Shown: positions 17,396 through 27,546 of the stretch, in pieces | Layout: each line of letters begins with the position of its first letter | How positions within the stretch are numbered: the first letter of the stretch is position 1 | Assembly (NCBI GenBank): GCA_030828505.1 | Contig: JAURCJ010000009.1 | Coordinates: 40-64,039, forward strand | Source of the DNA: Alphaproteobacteria bacterium | Lineage (GTDB): Bacteria > Pseudomonadota > Alphaproteobacteria > TMED109 | Direction: 5' to 3' | DNA: 64,000 nucleotides | The notes under the pieces: model-generated | What the model was told of the DNA's origin: nothing | The model's database searches: none | The model's input: only the letters and a program-made list of their open reading frames with translations | Translations under genes and position numbers: made by a program

Positions 17396-18150
17396 ATTTC
17401 ACCTCCAGCAATTGGAATATTTTGTCCGTTAATAGAAGATGAGTTTTTATTACAAAGCCACGAAACAACTTTAGCAACCTCTATAGGTTTTATTAATCTT
17501 TTTTGAGGATTTAATTTAACTAGTTCCTCAATAGCTTCTTCTTTTGAAATATGTGTTAATTCAGTAATGTTTTTTATTGTTCTATCCGTCATAGGAGTAT
17601 CAATATAAGACGGACAAATAGAATTTACTGTAATTCCCTTAGATGCTAATTCTAAAGCTAGAGACTTAGTTAAACCAACTACAGCATGTTTTGAGGCTGT
17701 ATACGCTGAAACATAAGAATATCCTTTTAAGCCTGCTGTAGATGCAATTGAAATCATACGACCCCAATTATCTGCTTTCATATCCATGAATGCATGTTGA
17801 AATGTATTAAAAACTCCAATTAAATTTACCTCCATTAAGGATGTTATATCTGATACCGACATTTTATGAAAAGGCTTGCTGTTAGCAACTCCTGCGTTAG
17901 CAACAACAATATTTATATTTCCGTATGCAGACCTTATATCTTTATAACAATTATTCACCTCATCTGAGTTAGATACATCACATACTCTCCAAGATATGTT
18001 TTTATGTTTATTAGCTACATTTTTTAGTGGTTCTTGCCTCCTACCTAAAATAGTTACTAGGTTAGATTCATCAGCAAGTTTTAATGCTATAGCTTCTCCT
18101 ACTCCTGATCCTCCTCCTGAAACTACTGCATGTTTTTTATCTAAAATCAT
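17392..18150 (-). CDS. SDR family oxidoreductase (3-hydroxyacyl-CoA dehydrogenase-like)
   Basis: SGGGSGVGEAIA, NAGV, S...YTASKHA catalytic motif. ATGA overlap with marR. Confidence 0.9.
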   Translation of the reverse strand: MILDKKHAVVSGGGSGVGEAIALKLADESNLVTILGRRQEPLKNVANKHKNISWRVCDVSNSDEVNNCYKDIRSAYGNINIVVANAGVANSKPFHKMSVSDITSLMEVNLIGVFNTFQHAFMDMKADNWGRMISIASTAGLKGYSYVSAYTASKHAVVGLTKSLALELASKGITVNSICPSYIDTPMTDRTIKNITELTHISKEEAIEELVKLNPQKRLIKPIEVAKVVSWLCNKNSSSINGQNIPIAGGEI

Positions 18151-18153
18151 ATT

Positions 18154-20448
18154 CTATTTATCCTTCTCTTGTTCGGCTTCACGATCAGCAAGCCTCCATA
18201 TCTGATCTCTTCCCGCAAGATATGGTTTTGGCCAAACTTCATTTCTGTCGCCGATACTTGCGCCGGCGCGAAGTGTCCAATATGGATCAGACAAATGAGG
18301 TCGCGCTAAGCAAACTAAATCTGCTCGTCCGGCCATAAGAATTGAATTTACATGATCAGCTTCATAAATATTTCCAACAGCCATAGTTTTAATACCTACC
18401 TCATTTCTAATTCTATCAGAAAAAGGTGTTTGAAACATTCTACCATAAACTGGGTTAGCATCTTCTGAAGTTTGTCCCGAAGAAACATCAATAATATCTA
18501 TTTCTATATTTTTAAACATCTTAGCTATCTCAACAGAATCTGTAGGCGTAATACCTTCATCTCCTAACCAATCATTTGCTGATATTCTAACGGACATAGG
18601 TTTATCTTTAGGCCAGTTTAATCTCATAGCTTTTGCTAATTCTAAGGGATAACGCATTCTATTTTCTAATGAACCACCATATTGGTCTGTTCTAATATTT
18701 GATTTTGGTGAAATAAATGAAGAAATCAAATAACCATGAGCAGCATGTAATTCTATCATATCAAAACCGGCTCTATTTGCCATTTTAACTGAATCTACAA
18801 AATGTATTAATACTTCCTGCATTTGATCTTTAGTCATTTCCTCAGGAATAGCATTGCTATTACTCCAAGGAATAGCTGAAGCAGAAACTAATGGCCAATT
18901 ATTTTCTTTTAAGGGAGCATCCATTTTTTCCCAACCAAGTTGCGTAGAACCCTTTCTGCCAGAATGGCCTAATTGACAACATATTTTGGCATCCGTCTCT
19001 AAATGAATAAAATCAACTATTTTTTTCCAAGCTTTTTCATGCTCGTGAGTATATAAACCTGGACACCCAGGCGTTATTCTTCCTTCTGGAGAAACACATG
19101 TCATTTCTACATAAACTAATCCAGCCCCACCTTTTGCTCTTTCTCCATAATGAACTAAATGCCAATCATTAGGACAACCATCAATAGCTTTATACTGTGC
19201 CATAGGAGATACTACTACTCTATTTTTTAGCTCCATTTCTCTTATTTTTAAAGGGGCAAACATTGGCGCTCTAACAATCTTATTACTATTAAGCGAGTTT
19301 TGGCTTTGAAACCATTTTTCAGCTTCATTTAACCACTTTGGATCCCTTTCTCTTAAATTTTCATGACTAATTCTTTGAGATCTAGTTAATAATGAATATT
19401 TTAATTGTATAGGATCTAAATATAAATATCTTTCAACATCCTCAAACCACTCTACAGAATTTCTAGCTGCCGATTGTAATCTTAAAACCTCTAATTTTCT
19501 CTCTTCTTCATATTTTTTAAATGCCTCATCACAACTTTTTTCCTTAAATAAATTATTAGCAAGAGAAATTGCACTTTCTAAAGCTAATTTAGTACCTGAA
19601 CCTATAGAAAAATGAGCAGTGGCAGCGGCATCTCCTAATAATACTATATTTTTATAACTCCAGTTTTCACATAAGACCCTTGGAAACTTTATCCATGCTG
19701 ACCCTCTAATGTGATTAGCATTAGTCATTAAAGTATTACCTCCTAGATACTCTGAAAATATATCTTGGCAAATATTAATACTTTCTTGTTGAGATAAATT
19801 AGAAAATCCAAATGCATCAAAAGTTTTTTGACTACATTCAACTATGAAAGTTGCTGTATTAGAATCAAATTGATAAGCATGAGCCCATATCCAGCCATAT
19901 TTAGTTTTTTCAAAAATAAAAGTAAAAGCATCATCAAATTTTTGATTTGTACCAAGCCATATGAATGGACATTTCCTTTCATCTATATCAGCTTTAAAAA
20001 TATCTTTAAATTTTAGTCTGGTTTTTGAATTTAGTCCGTCAGAAGCCACGACTACATCATAATCTTTAGCATATTCTGATGCATCATCTACCTCGGATTC
20101 AAATTTTAAATTAACACCTAATTCTTTGGCTCTCTCTTGTAATATAATTAATAAGTTTTTTCTACCAATTCCGCAAAAACCATGGCCAGAAGATTTTAAT
20201 TTTTTATCCTTGTAAAAAAGAGCTATATCATCCCAATATGCAAAATGAGAACGTATTGCTTTTGCACTGGTTATATCATTTTTTTCTAAATTATCTAATG
20301 TTTCATCTGATAATACAACACCCCAACCAAATGTATCATTTGCTCTATTTCTCTCAATAACATCAATATCTATCTCAGGGTTTTTTAATTTCATAGAAAT
20401 TGCAAAGTATAAACCGCCTGGTCCACCTCCGATACAAGCTATTTTCAT
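18154..20448 (-). CDS. Bifunctional aryl-CoA monooxygenase/reductase (2-aminobenzoyl-CoA monooxygenase/reductase or salicylyl-CoA 5-hydroxylase type)
   Basis: 764 aa. The N-terminal half is a FAD aromatic-hydroxylase ([32 protein letters not shown]). The C-terminal half is an Old-Yellow-Enzyme NADH:flavin oxidoreductase ([14 protein letters not shown]). Confidence 0.85.
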   Translation of the reverse strand: MKIACIGGGPGGLYFAISMKLKNPEIDIDVIERNRANDTFGWGVVLSDETLDNLEKNDITSAKAIRSHFAYWDDIALFYKDKKLKSSGHGFCGIGRKNLLIILQERAKELGVNLKFESEVDDASEYAKDYDVVVASDGLNSKTRLKFKDIFKADIDERKCPFIWLGTNQKFDDAFTFIFEKTKYGWIWAHAYQFDSNTATFIVECSQKTFDAFGFSNLSQQESINICQDIFSEYLGGNTLMTNANHIRGSAWIKFPRVLCENWSYKNIVLLGDAAATAHFSIGSGTKLALESAISLANNLFKEKSCDEAFKKYEEERKLEVLRLQSAARNSVEWFEDVERYLYLDPIQLKYSLLTRSQRISHENLRERDPKWLNEAEKWFQSQNSLNSNKIVRAPMFAPLKIREMELKNRVVVSPMAQYKAIDGCPNDWHLVHYGERAKGGAGLVYVEMTCVSPEGRITPGCPGLYTHEHEKAWKKIVDFIHLETDAKICCQLGHSGRKGSTQLGWEKMDAPLKENNWPLVSASAIPWSNSNAIPEEMTKDQMQEVLIHFVDSVKMANRAGFDMIELHAAHGYLISSFISPKSNIRTDQYGGSLENRMRYPLELAKAMRLNWPKDKPMSVRISANDWLGDEGITPTDSVEIAKMFKNIEIDIIDVSSGQTSEDANPVYGRMFQTPFSDRIRNEVGIKTMAVGNIYEADHVNSILMAGRADLVCLARPHLSDPYWTLRAGASIGDRNEVWPKPYLAGRDQIWRLADREAEQEKDK

Positions 20449-20545
20449 TACGCACCATTCAAGTTAATTATTAAATATACAATTTAAAATTAGTTTAACT
20501 AGATATATATTTCAAGCTTAAAATATTTATACTTAAAATAGTTTA

Positions 20546-22186
20546 CTATATGACACCCGTAATCTTATTTAAAATATCGATAGGTTTATTAGGAATACTA
20601 TCAGACCTCCACGCTACCATTAAATCAGGTCTAATTATTACATATTTATTTTTATATAGATTTAAAACATCTTGATCATTAATCTGTAATAATTTGATAG
20701 GTATACCAATATTTTTAGCTTCACTTATCAAAACATTAGCATTACCAATAGCATTTGAAATGACTAATAATGTAAAATTTTTTCCAAATTTATCATAAAT
20801 TGACACACCCTCTTCAAGCCAAATATGAGGAGCTCTATGACCAGGTCTTGCCGTTGGTATATATTTTCTTGGATTATCTAAAGTTTCTTTTGTCCCATCA
20901 GGTATAATTATAGATGAATTATTATACCTGTAGCCTAATAATGTTCCAGATGAAGCTATTAATTTATCTTGCTCCTTTAGGTTCAATGATAACTCATATC
21001 TTAATTTATCCGCACGTTCAGATTCTTCATCTAAAATATCTCCATGTACCATTACAGAATTTAATTGATCAAAACAATCTGCTGCTTCTTTAGTATTTCT
21101 TATACCTATTGGACGTCTTTCCTCAAAATAGCTGTCAATTAATTTATTTCCGCCCCAACCTTCCACCATAGCTTGAATCTTCCAAGCAATATCAATAGCA
21201 TCTGATACACCTGTATTCATTCCAAAACCACCTGTTGGAGTAAATAAATGTACAGCATCACCGACCATAATTACTCGATTATCATGATATTTATCTGCAA
21301 CTAAAGCATGAGCAGACCAAGGTTGAATAGATAAAATTTCTATATTAGTAGACTTCCCTAATACGGCTTCTATAGAATTTTTAGCATTTATTTCAGTCCA
21401 AGACTGCCCAGGTTTTAACATTAAATGATAGGTAAAGGTTGTTCCTCCATCCCAATTTAAAAGAAAACCTGCGTAATCTTTATGAAGAGGAAAAAAAATG
21501 TTAGCTGTCCCAAATTTATGGCATTTCATGAAGTCAGGAGCTTTAAAATAAATTGATACAAATTTAGCCATATCAGCCCTTCCAGTTAAGCCAATATTTA
21601 ACTTTTCTCTTACCATGGATTTACCACCATCACATGCAATTAAATATTTACTTTTTATATCTTCTATTTTACCTGTTTTAATATTTTTAACTTTGCAAAT
21701 AACACCATTCGAGTCTTGATCAAAATTTTTAAGTTCGTGATCAAATTTCATATCAATATTAGAAAGAGAATAAATATAGTTTAATATTACTTGTTCAACC
21801 TCATTTTGACCTGTTATAGTTTTTAAATAAGGTGACCATGTGTGTTCTTCTTTTACATAACCGCCTGTATCTTTTACCTCTCTAATTTTTTTGAAAGGAG
21901 GTAAGGATATTCTATGTAACTGTCTTCCATGTAAACTTGATACCCAATAATAATCTGCTGGATGGTCTGGAGGAATTCCTGCTTCTGTAATTTCTTTATC
22001 AATTCCCCACCTCCTATAATATTCCATTGTTCTGTTAGCGACAGCGTTAGCTCTTGGATGATTATTTAAACCCTCTGATTGTTCTATAATCATACAATCA
22101 ATATTTCTCCAACCTAATTCCGCAGCTAATGATAAACCTACAGACCCGCCTCCTGATATTAAAACTGAAACTTCTTTCATAACCAT
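20546..22186 (-). CDS. FAD-dependent aromatic-ring monooxygenase (PheA/TfdB/MhpA-like, group A with a C-terminal extension)
   Basis: VLISGGGSVGLSLAAELG, ACDGGKSMVR, MVGDAVHLFTPTGGFGMNTG. 546 aa. Confidence 0.85.
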   Translation of the reverse strand: MVMKEVSVLISGGGSVGLSLAAELGWRNIDCMIIEQSEGLNNHPRANAVANRTMEYYRRWGIDKEITEAGIPPDHPADYYWVSSLHGRQLHRISLPPFKKIREVKDTGGYVKEEHTWSPYLKTITGQNEVEQVILNYIYSLSNIDMKFDHELKNFDQDSNGVICKVKNIKTGKIEDIKSKYLIACDGGKSMVREKLNIGLTGRADMAKFVSIYFKAPDFMKCHKFGTANIFFPLHKDYAGFLLNWDGGTTFTYHLMLKPGQSWTEINAKNSIEAVLGKSTNIEILSIQPWSAHALVADKYHDNRVIMVGDAVHLFTPTGGFGMNTGVSDAIDIAWKIQAMVEGWGGNKLIDSYFEERRPIGIRNTKEAADCFDQLNSVMVHGDILDEESERADKLRYELSLNLKEQDKLIASSGTLLGYRYNNSSIIIPDGTKETLDNPRKYIPTARPGHRAPHIWLEEGVSIYDKFGKNFTLLVISNAIGNANVLISEAKNIGIPIKLLQINDQDVLNLYKNKYVIIRPDLMVAWRSDSIPNKPIDILNKITGVI

Positions 22187-23022
22187 TATACTTTCTTAAA
22201 ATTTGCTTTATATCTATGCTGCAATAAAAATTTTATAAGAATACTATTAAAACAATCTGGCTGTTCTATATTACTTAAATGGCCAGCATTCTTGATAATG
22301 CTCATCGATGAATTTTTTATTCTTTCTTTAGCCATTAGGCCTATTTCTACAGGAGTTAACTTATCAAATTCTCCATATATTAAGTGAGTAGGAACATCAA
22401 ATTTTGAGAGGTTATTGCTTGCATTGTAAGAAATACTTTCAGCTATAGTTTTTAAATAAGAATTAATATGAATTTTTAAAAAACTATTTTTTATGCTATT
22501 TTTTGCTTCAATAGAACAACATGGACCAACTAGAGACTTAATCAAAGCAGGAGCTATATCATGTAATGATTTTCCATCTTTTAGCGGTTTTTGTCTCAAA
22601 TCAATAAATTCTTTTTGCTTATCTTTACTGAGTACTTTGTAATCAAAAAAACAATCACATAAAACTAATGAGGCAACTCTATCTTTATAATTTGGAAAAA
22701 AATTCATTAATATTCTAGCTCCCATAGACAAACCTACCAAATGAGCTTTTTCTATATTTTTAAAATCCATTAATCTAACTAAGTCATTGCTAAAATCTTC
22801 AAACTTAAGCGGTCCATCATAATCATCTGATTCACCATATCCTCTTGCATCCCAGGCTATTGAAGTAAAATTATTTGAAATTGCATATAGTTGGGATATC
22901 CAATTATCACTATTTCCACCTATACCATGCAAAAATATTACTGGAGGCCCATTTCCTATTTCTTTAAAACTTATTAGTGGTTTACCTGATACAAAACCTT
23001 GTTTTATATTGTCTAAAGGCAT
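22186..23022 (-). CDS. Alpha/beta-fold hydrolase (position matches an N-formylmaleamate deformylase NicD-type step)
   Basis: HGIGGN oxyanion region, nucleophile elbow GLSMGA, and a distal GHLSNIE. 1-nt overlaps with both neighbours. Confidence 0.8.
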   Translation of the reverse strand: MPLDNIKQGFVSGKPLISFKEIGNGPPVIFLHGIGGNSDNWISQLYAISNNFTSIAWDARGYGESDDYDGPLKFEDFSNDLVRLMDFKNIEKAHLVGLSMGARILMNFFPNYKDRVASLVLCDCFFDYKVLSKDKQKEFIDLRQKPLKDGKSLHDIAPALIKSLVGPCCSIEAKNSIKNSFLKIHINSYLKTIAESISYNASNNLSKFDVPTHLIYGEFDKLTPVEIGLMAKERIKNSSMSIIKNAGHLSNIEQPDCFNSILIKFLLQHRYKANFKKV

Positions 23023-24068
23023 TAACCTAAGGGACCTACTAGTTTCCCAGATTCTACAATCAATTTATCATCAATAGTAATATCACAATTTCTCATTGGT
23101 AGATCAAAGTGACAAGTAGTGTACCTCTTCGCAAACTCATTTGCTCCAGTAGAAATTAAAAAATTACCAGCAAATGCTCTTAATTCAGTACAGTTTACAT
23201 CTTGCTTATCATACATTGTTAATGCATCCCATCTTGCATTAGGGTTTAACCCCCAGCCCACATGAGAAATAGCATATGCATTAGGATCCTTCCATCCTTC
23301 ATAATAAGATCTCATTAATTTTGCATCTAACCCGTCACCCTCAATATTAGTTACAAAATCATTCTCAATAGATAAAATAACAGGACTTTCGATATATTTT
23401 TTAAAAGTTAAATTAACATCACCAGTATTCAGTACTACTTTGCCATTAACCGTATTCTTCAAAGGAAAAAATAATGCCAAACCGGCAGGCCAATATGCTA
23501 CTTTTTCTCCTGGTGTCAAATAACCTGCTCCAGCTCTAGCAGGAGCTCCATTAATATTTACTGTAAGATTTGTTCCAGCATCTGAACTAACTTTCATAAT
23601 TTTAGACGTTTTTAACATATCTAAACTTGATAGAACCTTAGGAGTTAAACTTTCATCAGGCATACATCTTTCTAATACTTCAGGATGTTCATTAGATATC
23701 ATTAAAAGACGCCCACCTCCTTTAATAATAGTTTGAAGCTCCTTTGAATGGAGCATACCTTCTACAGTACAATCAATAATTAAATCACATGAACTTAATG
23801 CAGGCAAAATAGCATCATATCCTTCAAAAGAATAACAGGAACCAGTAGACCTAACTGGAATAGTATCTTTTAATTTTGGAGTTGGTACATTAAATTGAAT
23901 TGGCTTTGCTCCAATCCTTAATAATGCATGCATAGATAAATCTATTAATACTTGCCTAGATTGAGTTTCAGAAATAATTGCTACTGTATTATTTTTATTT
24001 ACACCACTTAATAAGAAACTTTTTTCAAAGCAATCTATCCATTTTGATTCTAAGTTCTCTTTTAACAT
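23022..24068 (-). CDS. NicX-like 2,5-dihydroxypyridine 5,6-dioxygenase (M29 aminopeptidase-like fold)
   Basis: 348 aa. ISHVGWGLNPNARW...RAFAGNFLISTGAN...TTCHFDLPMRNCDI. H269/H320/D322 have spacing close to the His/His/Asp iron triad I recall for P. putida NicX (H265/H318/D320). Confidence 0.7.
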   Translation of the reverse strand: MLKENLESKWIDCFEKSFLLSGVNKNNTVAIISETQSRQVLIDLSMHALLRIGAKPIQFNVPTPKLKDTIPVRSTGSCYSFEGYDAILPALSSCDLIIDCTVEGMLHSKELQTIIKGGGRLLMISNEHPEVLERCMPDESLTPKVLSSLDMLKTSKIMKVSSDAGTNLTVNINGAPARAGAGYLTPGEKVAYWPAGLALFFPLKNTVNGKVVLNTGDVNLTFKKYIESPVILSIENDFVTNIEGDGLDAKLMRSYYEGWKDPNAYAISHVGWGLNPNARWDALTMYDKQDVNCTELRAFAGNFLISTGANEFAKRYTTCHFDLPMRNCDITIDDKLIVESGKLVGPLG

Positions 24069-24148
24069 ATTTACAACCCTTAAATATCATAAAATTAATA
24101 CTATATATTGAATAATATATTTTACAAATTTAATACTGTTTTGAAATT

Positions 24149-24167
24149 ATTCTGTATATTACAGAAT
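24149..24167. promoter_or_regulatory. Palindromic operator candidate ATTCTGTA-TAT-TACAGAAT upstream of the NicX-like operon
   Basis: Perfect 8-bp arms containing the same TTCTGT-N5-ACAGAA core as 11099-11115. Lies 81-99 nt upstream of the start at 24068. A TTGTAA-16-TATAGT promoter-like element lies between them on the minus strand. Confidence 0.45.
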
Positions 24168-24172
24168 TATGT

Positions 24173-24907
24173 TTATAACTTATCTTTTGCTGCTTCTAAA
24201 AGCGGTTTAATAACTTTATTTTTTAGGTCTATACCAACTCCACATTTACACCCTGGGCATTCTATGCAAGCATCTAACCCTAAATCTATTGCTTTATTTA
24301 AAGCAATATTTTTTCCCTGACCTGAGGTAAGAGGGTCATTTCGAAGCCTTTCTAGCTTCAGTAAAGAAAATGGATTTCCGTGGATATATCCCTCTGAAGC
24401 ATTAGGTAAATTTTTATCATTATATTTTGGTAATTTATCCGCAAAATTTCTCATATGCATAGGGCATTTATCTAAACAAGCATAACATTCAATACAAGAT
24501 GTTAAGTCATGATAAACTTCTGGTGCATCAACATTTAAATCATTTCCTTGAGCTGATGTTTTTAATCCACGCATCTGTCTTGCAATACCATCTCTTCGTA
24601 CGACTAAATCACTTAATACTGGTAATGTAGCAATTGCACTTAATTTATCACCATCTTTCACTCTAGCTCTACACGCGACTCTAGGCCTATCATTAATGTC
24701 AATAGTACATACGCCACAATTTCTAGCTCGACATCCATAACGAAATGCTAAATCCGGAATAACTTCTGATTGGGCCTGCATTAAAACATCTAAAGCCATA
24801 GGCTTTTCTTTTTCTTCCCTCTTATTATAAGTAAAAGCTACTATTTTTTCTTTACCATCTCTTACTGTAACAATATTGACATTTAATGAATTAGTATTTT
24901 TTATCAT
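24173..24907 (-). CDS. Succinate dehydrogenase/fumarate reductase-type iron-sulfur subunit
   Basis: 2Fe-2S-like CRARNCGVCTIDINDRPRVAC, and 4Fe-4S-like CIECYACLDKCP and CIECPGCKC clusters. ATGA overlap with the flavoprotein gene. Confidence 0.8.
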   Translation of the reverse strand: MIKNTNSLNVNIVTVRDGKEKIVAFTYNKREEKEKPMALDVLMQAQSEVIPDLAFRYGCRARNCGVCTIDINDRPRVACRARVKDGDKLSAIATLPVLSDLVVRRDGIARQMRGLKTSAQGNDLNVDAPEVYHDLTSCIECYACLDKCPMHMRNFADKLPKYNDKNLPNASEGYIHGNPFSLLKLERLRNDPLTSGQGKNIALNKAIDLGLDACIECPGCKCGVGIDLKNKVIKPLLEAAKDKL

Positions 24908-26859
24908 GCTGAAGTTGTTTCCCCTATAGCTCCTTCAGTCCCTCCTGGCATAATTTCTGGAGCTTTGCCACTTGCTGACATGATATCTTTATATTTTTTT
25001 TCTAATTTTTTATCTTTTATATTTTTAGGAAGCATAGATAAAAACCTTGCTTCTAATAATCTCTTTTTTTCAAGAATTTTGTAATAAATTAAGTTCTTAA
25101 GTGGCGTTCTGGTTCTATTTAACTTTTTTACTAAATAAGTATAATTATTTTTATGTACTACAGTTGAATAAGGCCTTGAAAATATCGATATATTTTTTGC
25201 ATCTAACCTAACATGACCGCCAATACTTCCATTTCGCTCTTTTGCAGCTAATCCAATTAATTTTGCAGAACATATCATATTTTTCAATTCCACAAAATCC
25301 ATAAAAGCTTGATTCCAAATAAAATAATTAGGTATTGATATATTATTAAGTTTTGTCTCAATTTCCTTTATTTTATCTTCCATCTCCTGTATGCCTTTAG
25401 CAGTTCTAACAGGGCCAATTTTTTTCCAACTTTCTTTTTGAATATCATCACGTAGAATATTTGATGCAATGGAACCTTTTTGACCGAATAAACTAGAATA
25501 TTCATTAATATATGACTCAAATAGCTTTTTATTAACTTTAAATGAATTATTTAATGAATTTTTTGCAGCAGCTACTCCTGCCCTACTGCCAAACACAGCT
25601 AATTCGGTTAAAGATGTTGACCCCAGCCTATTTGCACCAAACAATCCTCCCATAGCTTGTCCAGCTGCAAACAAACCACTTATTCCGTGTTTTACAGAAC
25701 CTTCATCATCTCCGCCTACACTGGCACCATCATCATTGACCCTTATTCCTCCCATCATATAATGAGCTCCGGGCCTAACTTCCCAAGCAACTTCTACTTT
25801 TGCCGCCTCTTTACCTAGAGCTTGCCTCGCATTTATATAAGCCGTAGGTAAGCTATCCTGTAAATATTTCATAAAATAAGGGCCTGATTTTGGAAGTTCT
25901 TTATTTGCAGTCATATCTAAAAATGCCCCTCCATTTGGACTTCCCCGTCCATCCTCTACAGCCCTCATTATTGCTTCCGAACAGGCAGCTCTAGTCCTTA
26001 AATGCACTCCATTTAATATAATCTTTCCATTTTTATCTCTTAAAACACCTAAATAACTTGCTGTTGAAGGTTCTCCAGCAAGTAAACCTTCATATGAAGG
26101 AGGTGAAGCTAAACAAAAAGGTAAAAATTGAAGTTGTTCCATATCCACTAAATCTGCTCCAGCTCTAAGAGCTATTGCATAACTATCTCCAGTATTTCCT
26201 CTCATAGTATCAGTTTTTGGGAAAAATAAAGTAGATAAACCTCCAGAGGCTATTATTACCGAAGGTGAATTTATTGCTAATAAAACTCCTTTACTAGCAT
26301 CATATATTAGACCTCCAATTATTACAGGATTAGTACTTTTATTATTTCTATCAACAACTAAGTCCAGAAACCATGCATCTTCAAGATAATCAATATTCTT
26401 TTCTTTTATAATTGCATCCCAATTCGCATGACCAAAAGCTACTCCGTGATTTTCATGGCCTACAGATCTATTTCTATTATGTCCACCCATTGCCAAAGGA
26501 AGTGATTGTGGACGATTTTTAGCTTTATTTATTGATGGTCTTAGTCCATGCTCACGATATTTATCATAAGCTTCTTTAGAATATTTTGAAAATGTATCAG
26601 TAAGCTTTTTTATTGGTAAGTCACCTCCAGCTAATTTAATATTTTCTGACAATACTTCTTCAATATCATCATCAGAACCGGATTCCCTAACTGTAGCTAA
26701 ACCTTCTGAAATTTTTGTATCAGATGCTCCTAAAGGATCTTTGGAAACTAATAAAACACTTGCACCTAATTCTGCAGCTGCAGAAGCAGCTTGTGCTCCA
26801 GCTCCACCAGAACCTACTACAATAACATCATAACTAAGCCATTCAGTTTCTATAGTCAT
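24904..26859 (-). CDS. FAD flavoprotein of the succinate dehydrogenase / fumarate reductase / L-aspartate oxidase family
   Basis: YDVIVVGSGGAGAQAASAAAELGASVLLVSK, HYMMGGIRV, GLFAAGQAMGGLFGANRLGSTSL. I see no His at the position used for covalent FAD in SdhA. Confidence 0.85.
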   Translation of the reverse strand: MTIETEWLSYDVIVVGSGGAGAQAASAAAELGASVLLVSKDPLGASDTKISEGLATVRESGSDDDIEEVLSENIKLAGGDLPIKKLTDTFSKYSKEAYDKYREHGLRPSINKAKNRPQSLPLAMGGHNRNRSVGHENHGVAFGHANWDAIIKEKNIDYLEDAWFLDLVVDRNNKSTNPVIIGGLIYDASKGVLLAINSPSVIIASGGLSTLFFPKTDTMRGNTGDSYAIALRAGADLVDMEQLQFLPFCLASPPSYEGLLAGEPSTASYLGVLRDKNGKIILNGVHLRTRAACSEAIMRAVEDGRGSPNGGAFLDMTANKELPKSGPYFMKYLQDSLPTAYINARQALGKEAAKVEVAWEVRPGAHYMMGGIRVNDDGASVGGDDEGSVKHGISGLFAAGQAMGGLFGANRLGSTSLTELAVFGSRAGVAAAKNSLNNSFKVNKKLFESYINEYSSLFGQKGSIASNILRDDIQKESWKKIGPVRTAKGIQEMEDKIKEIETKLNNISIPNYFIWNQAFMDFVELKNMICSAKLIGLAAKERNGSIGGHVRLDAKNISIFSRPYSTVVHKNNYTYLVKKLNRTRTPLKNLIYYKILEKKRLLEARFLSMLPKNIKDKKLEKKYKDIMSASGKAPEIMPGGTEGAIGETTSA

Positions 26860-26943
26860 AGTAACTCCAAAAAAGATAAAAATAGTCTACATCTAAGCAA
26901 AATTTTGTCTAGAGTATTATAAGTCTATTAATAATAAAATACT

Positions 26944-27546
26944 TCATATACCAGCATTACTAATTATAAAATTAGAAATTTCTTTTAACCCTTGCCCTTT
27001 TTTTAAATTACTAAAAATAAAAGGCTTCTTTCCTCGCATCTTAAGAGTATCTCTTTCCATTATATCTAAGTTAGCTCCTACCATTGGTGCTAAATCAACT
27101 TTATTAATAACAAATAAATCTGAACGAGTAATTCCAGGACCTCCTTTTCTGGGTATTTTTTCTCCTGCAGACACATCAATAACATAAATTGTAATATCTG
27201 CTAATTCTGGTGAGAACGTTGCAGCTAAATTATCTCCTCCAGATTCAATTAATATTATTTCTAAATTAGGAAATTGTAATTTCATATCTGAAACAGCGAC
27301 TAAGTTCATAGAAGCATCTTCCCTTATAGCGGTATGAGGACAACCACCTGTCTCTACTCCCTTAATTCTATCAACAGGCAACACCCCTGCCCTTACAACA
27401 AACTCTGCGTCCTCTTTAGTATATATATCATTGGTAATCACTGCTAAATCATACTTAGGGTATAGTATTTTGCATAGTTCCACTGCTAATGCTGTTTTAC
27501 CAGTGCCTACTGGACCACCTATTCCAACTCTTAATGGCAAACTCAT
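26944..27546 (-). CDS. ureG: Urease accessory GTPase UreG
   Basis: P-loop [29 protein letters not shown]. Confidence 0.95.
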   Translation of the reverse strand: MSLPLRVGIGGPVGTGKTALAVELCKILYPKYDLAVITNDIYTKEDAEFVVRAGVLPVDRIKGVETGGCPHTAIREDASMNLVAVSDMKLQFPNLEIILIESGGDNLAATFSPELADITIYVIDVSAGEKIPRKGGPGITRSDLFVINKVDLAPMVGANLDIMERDTLKMRGKKPFIFSNLKKGQGLKEISNFIISNAGI

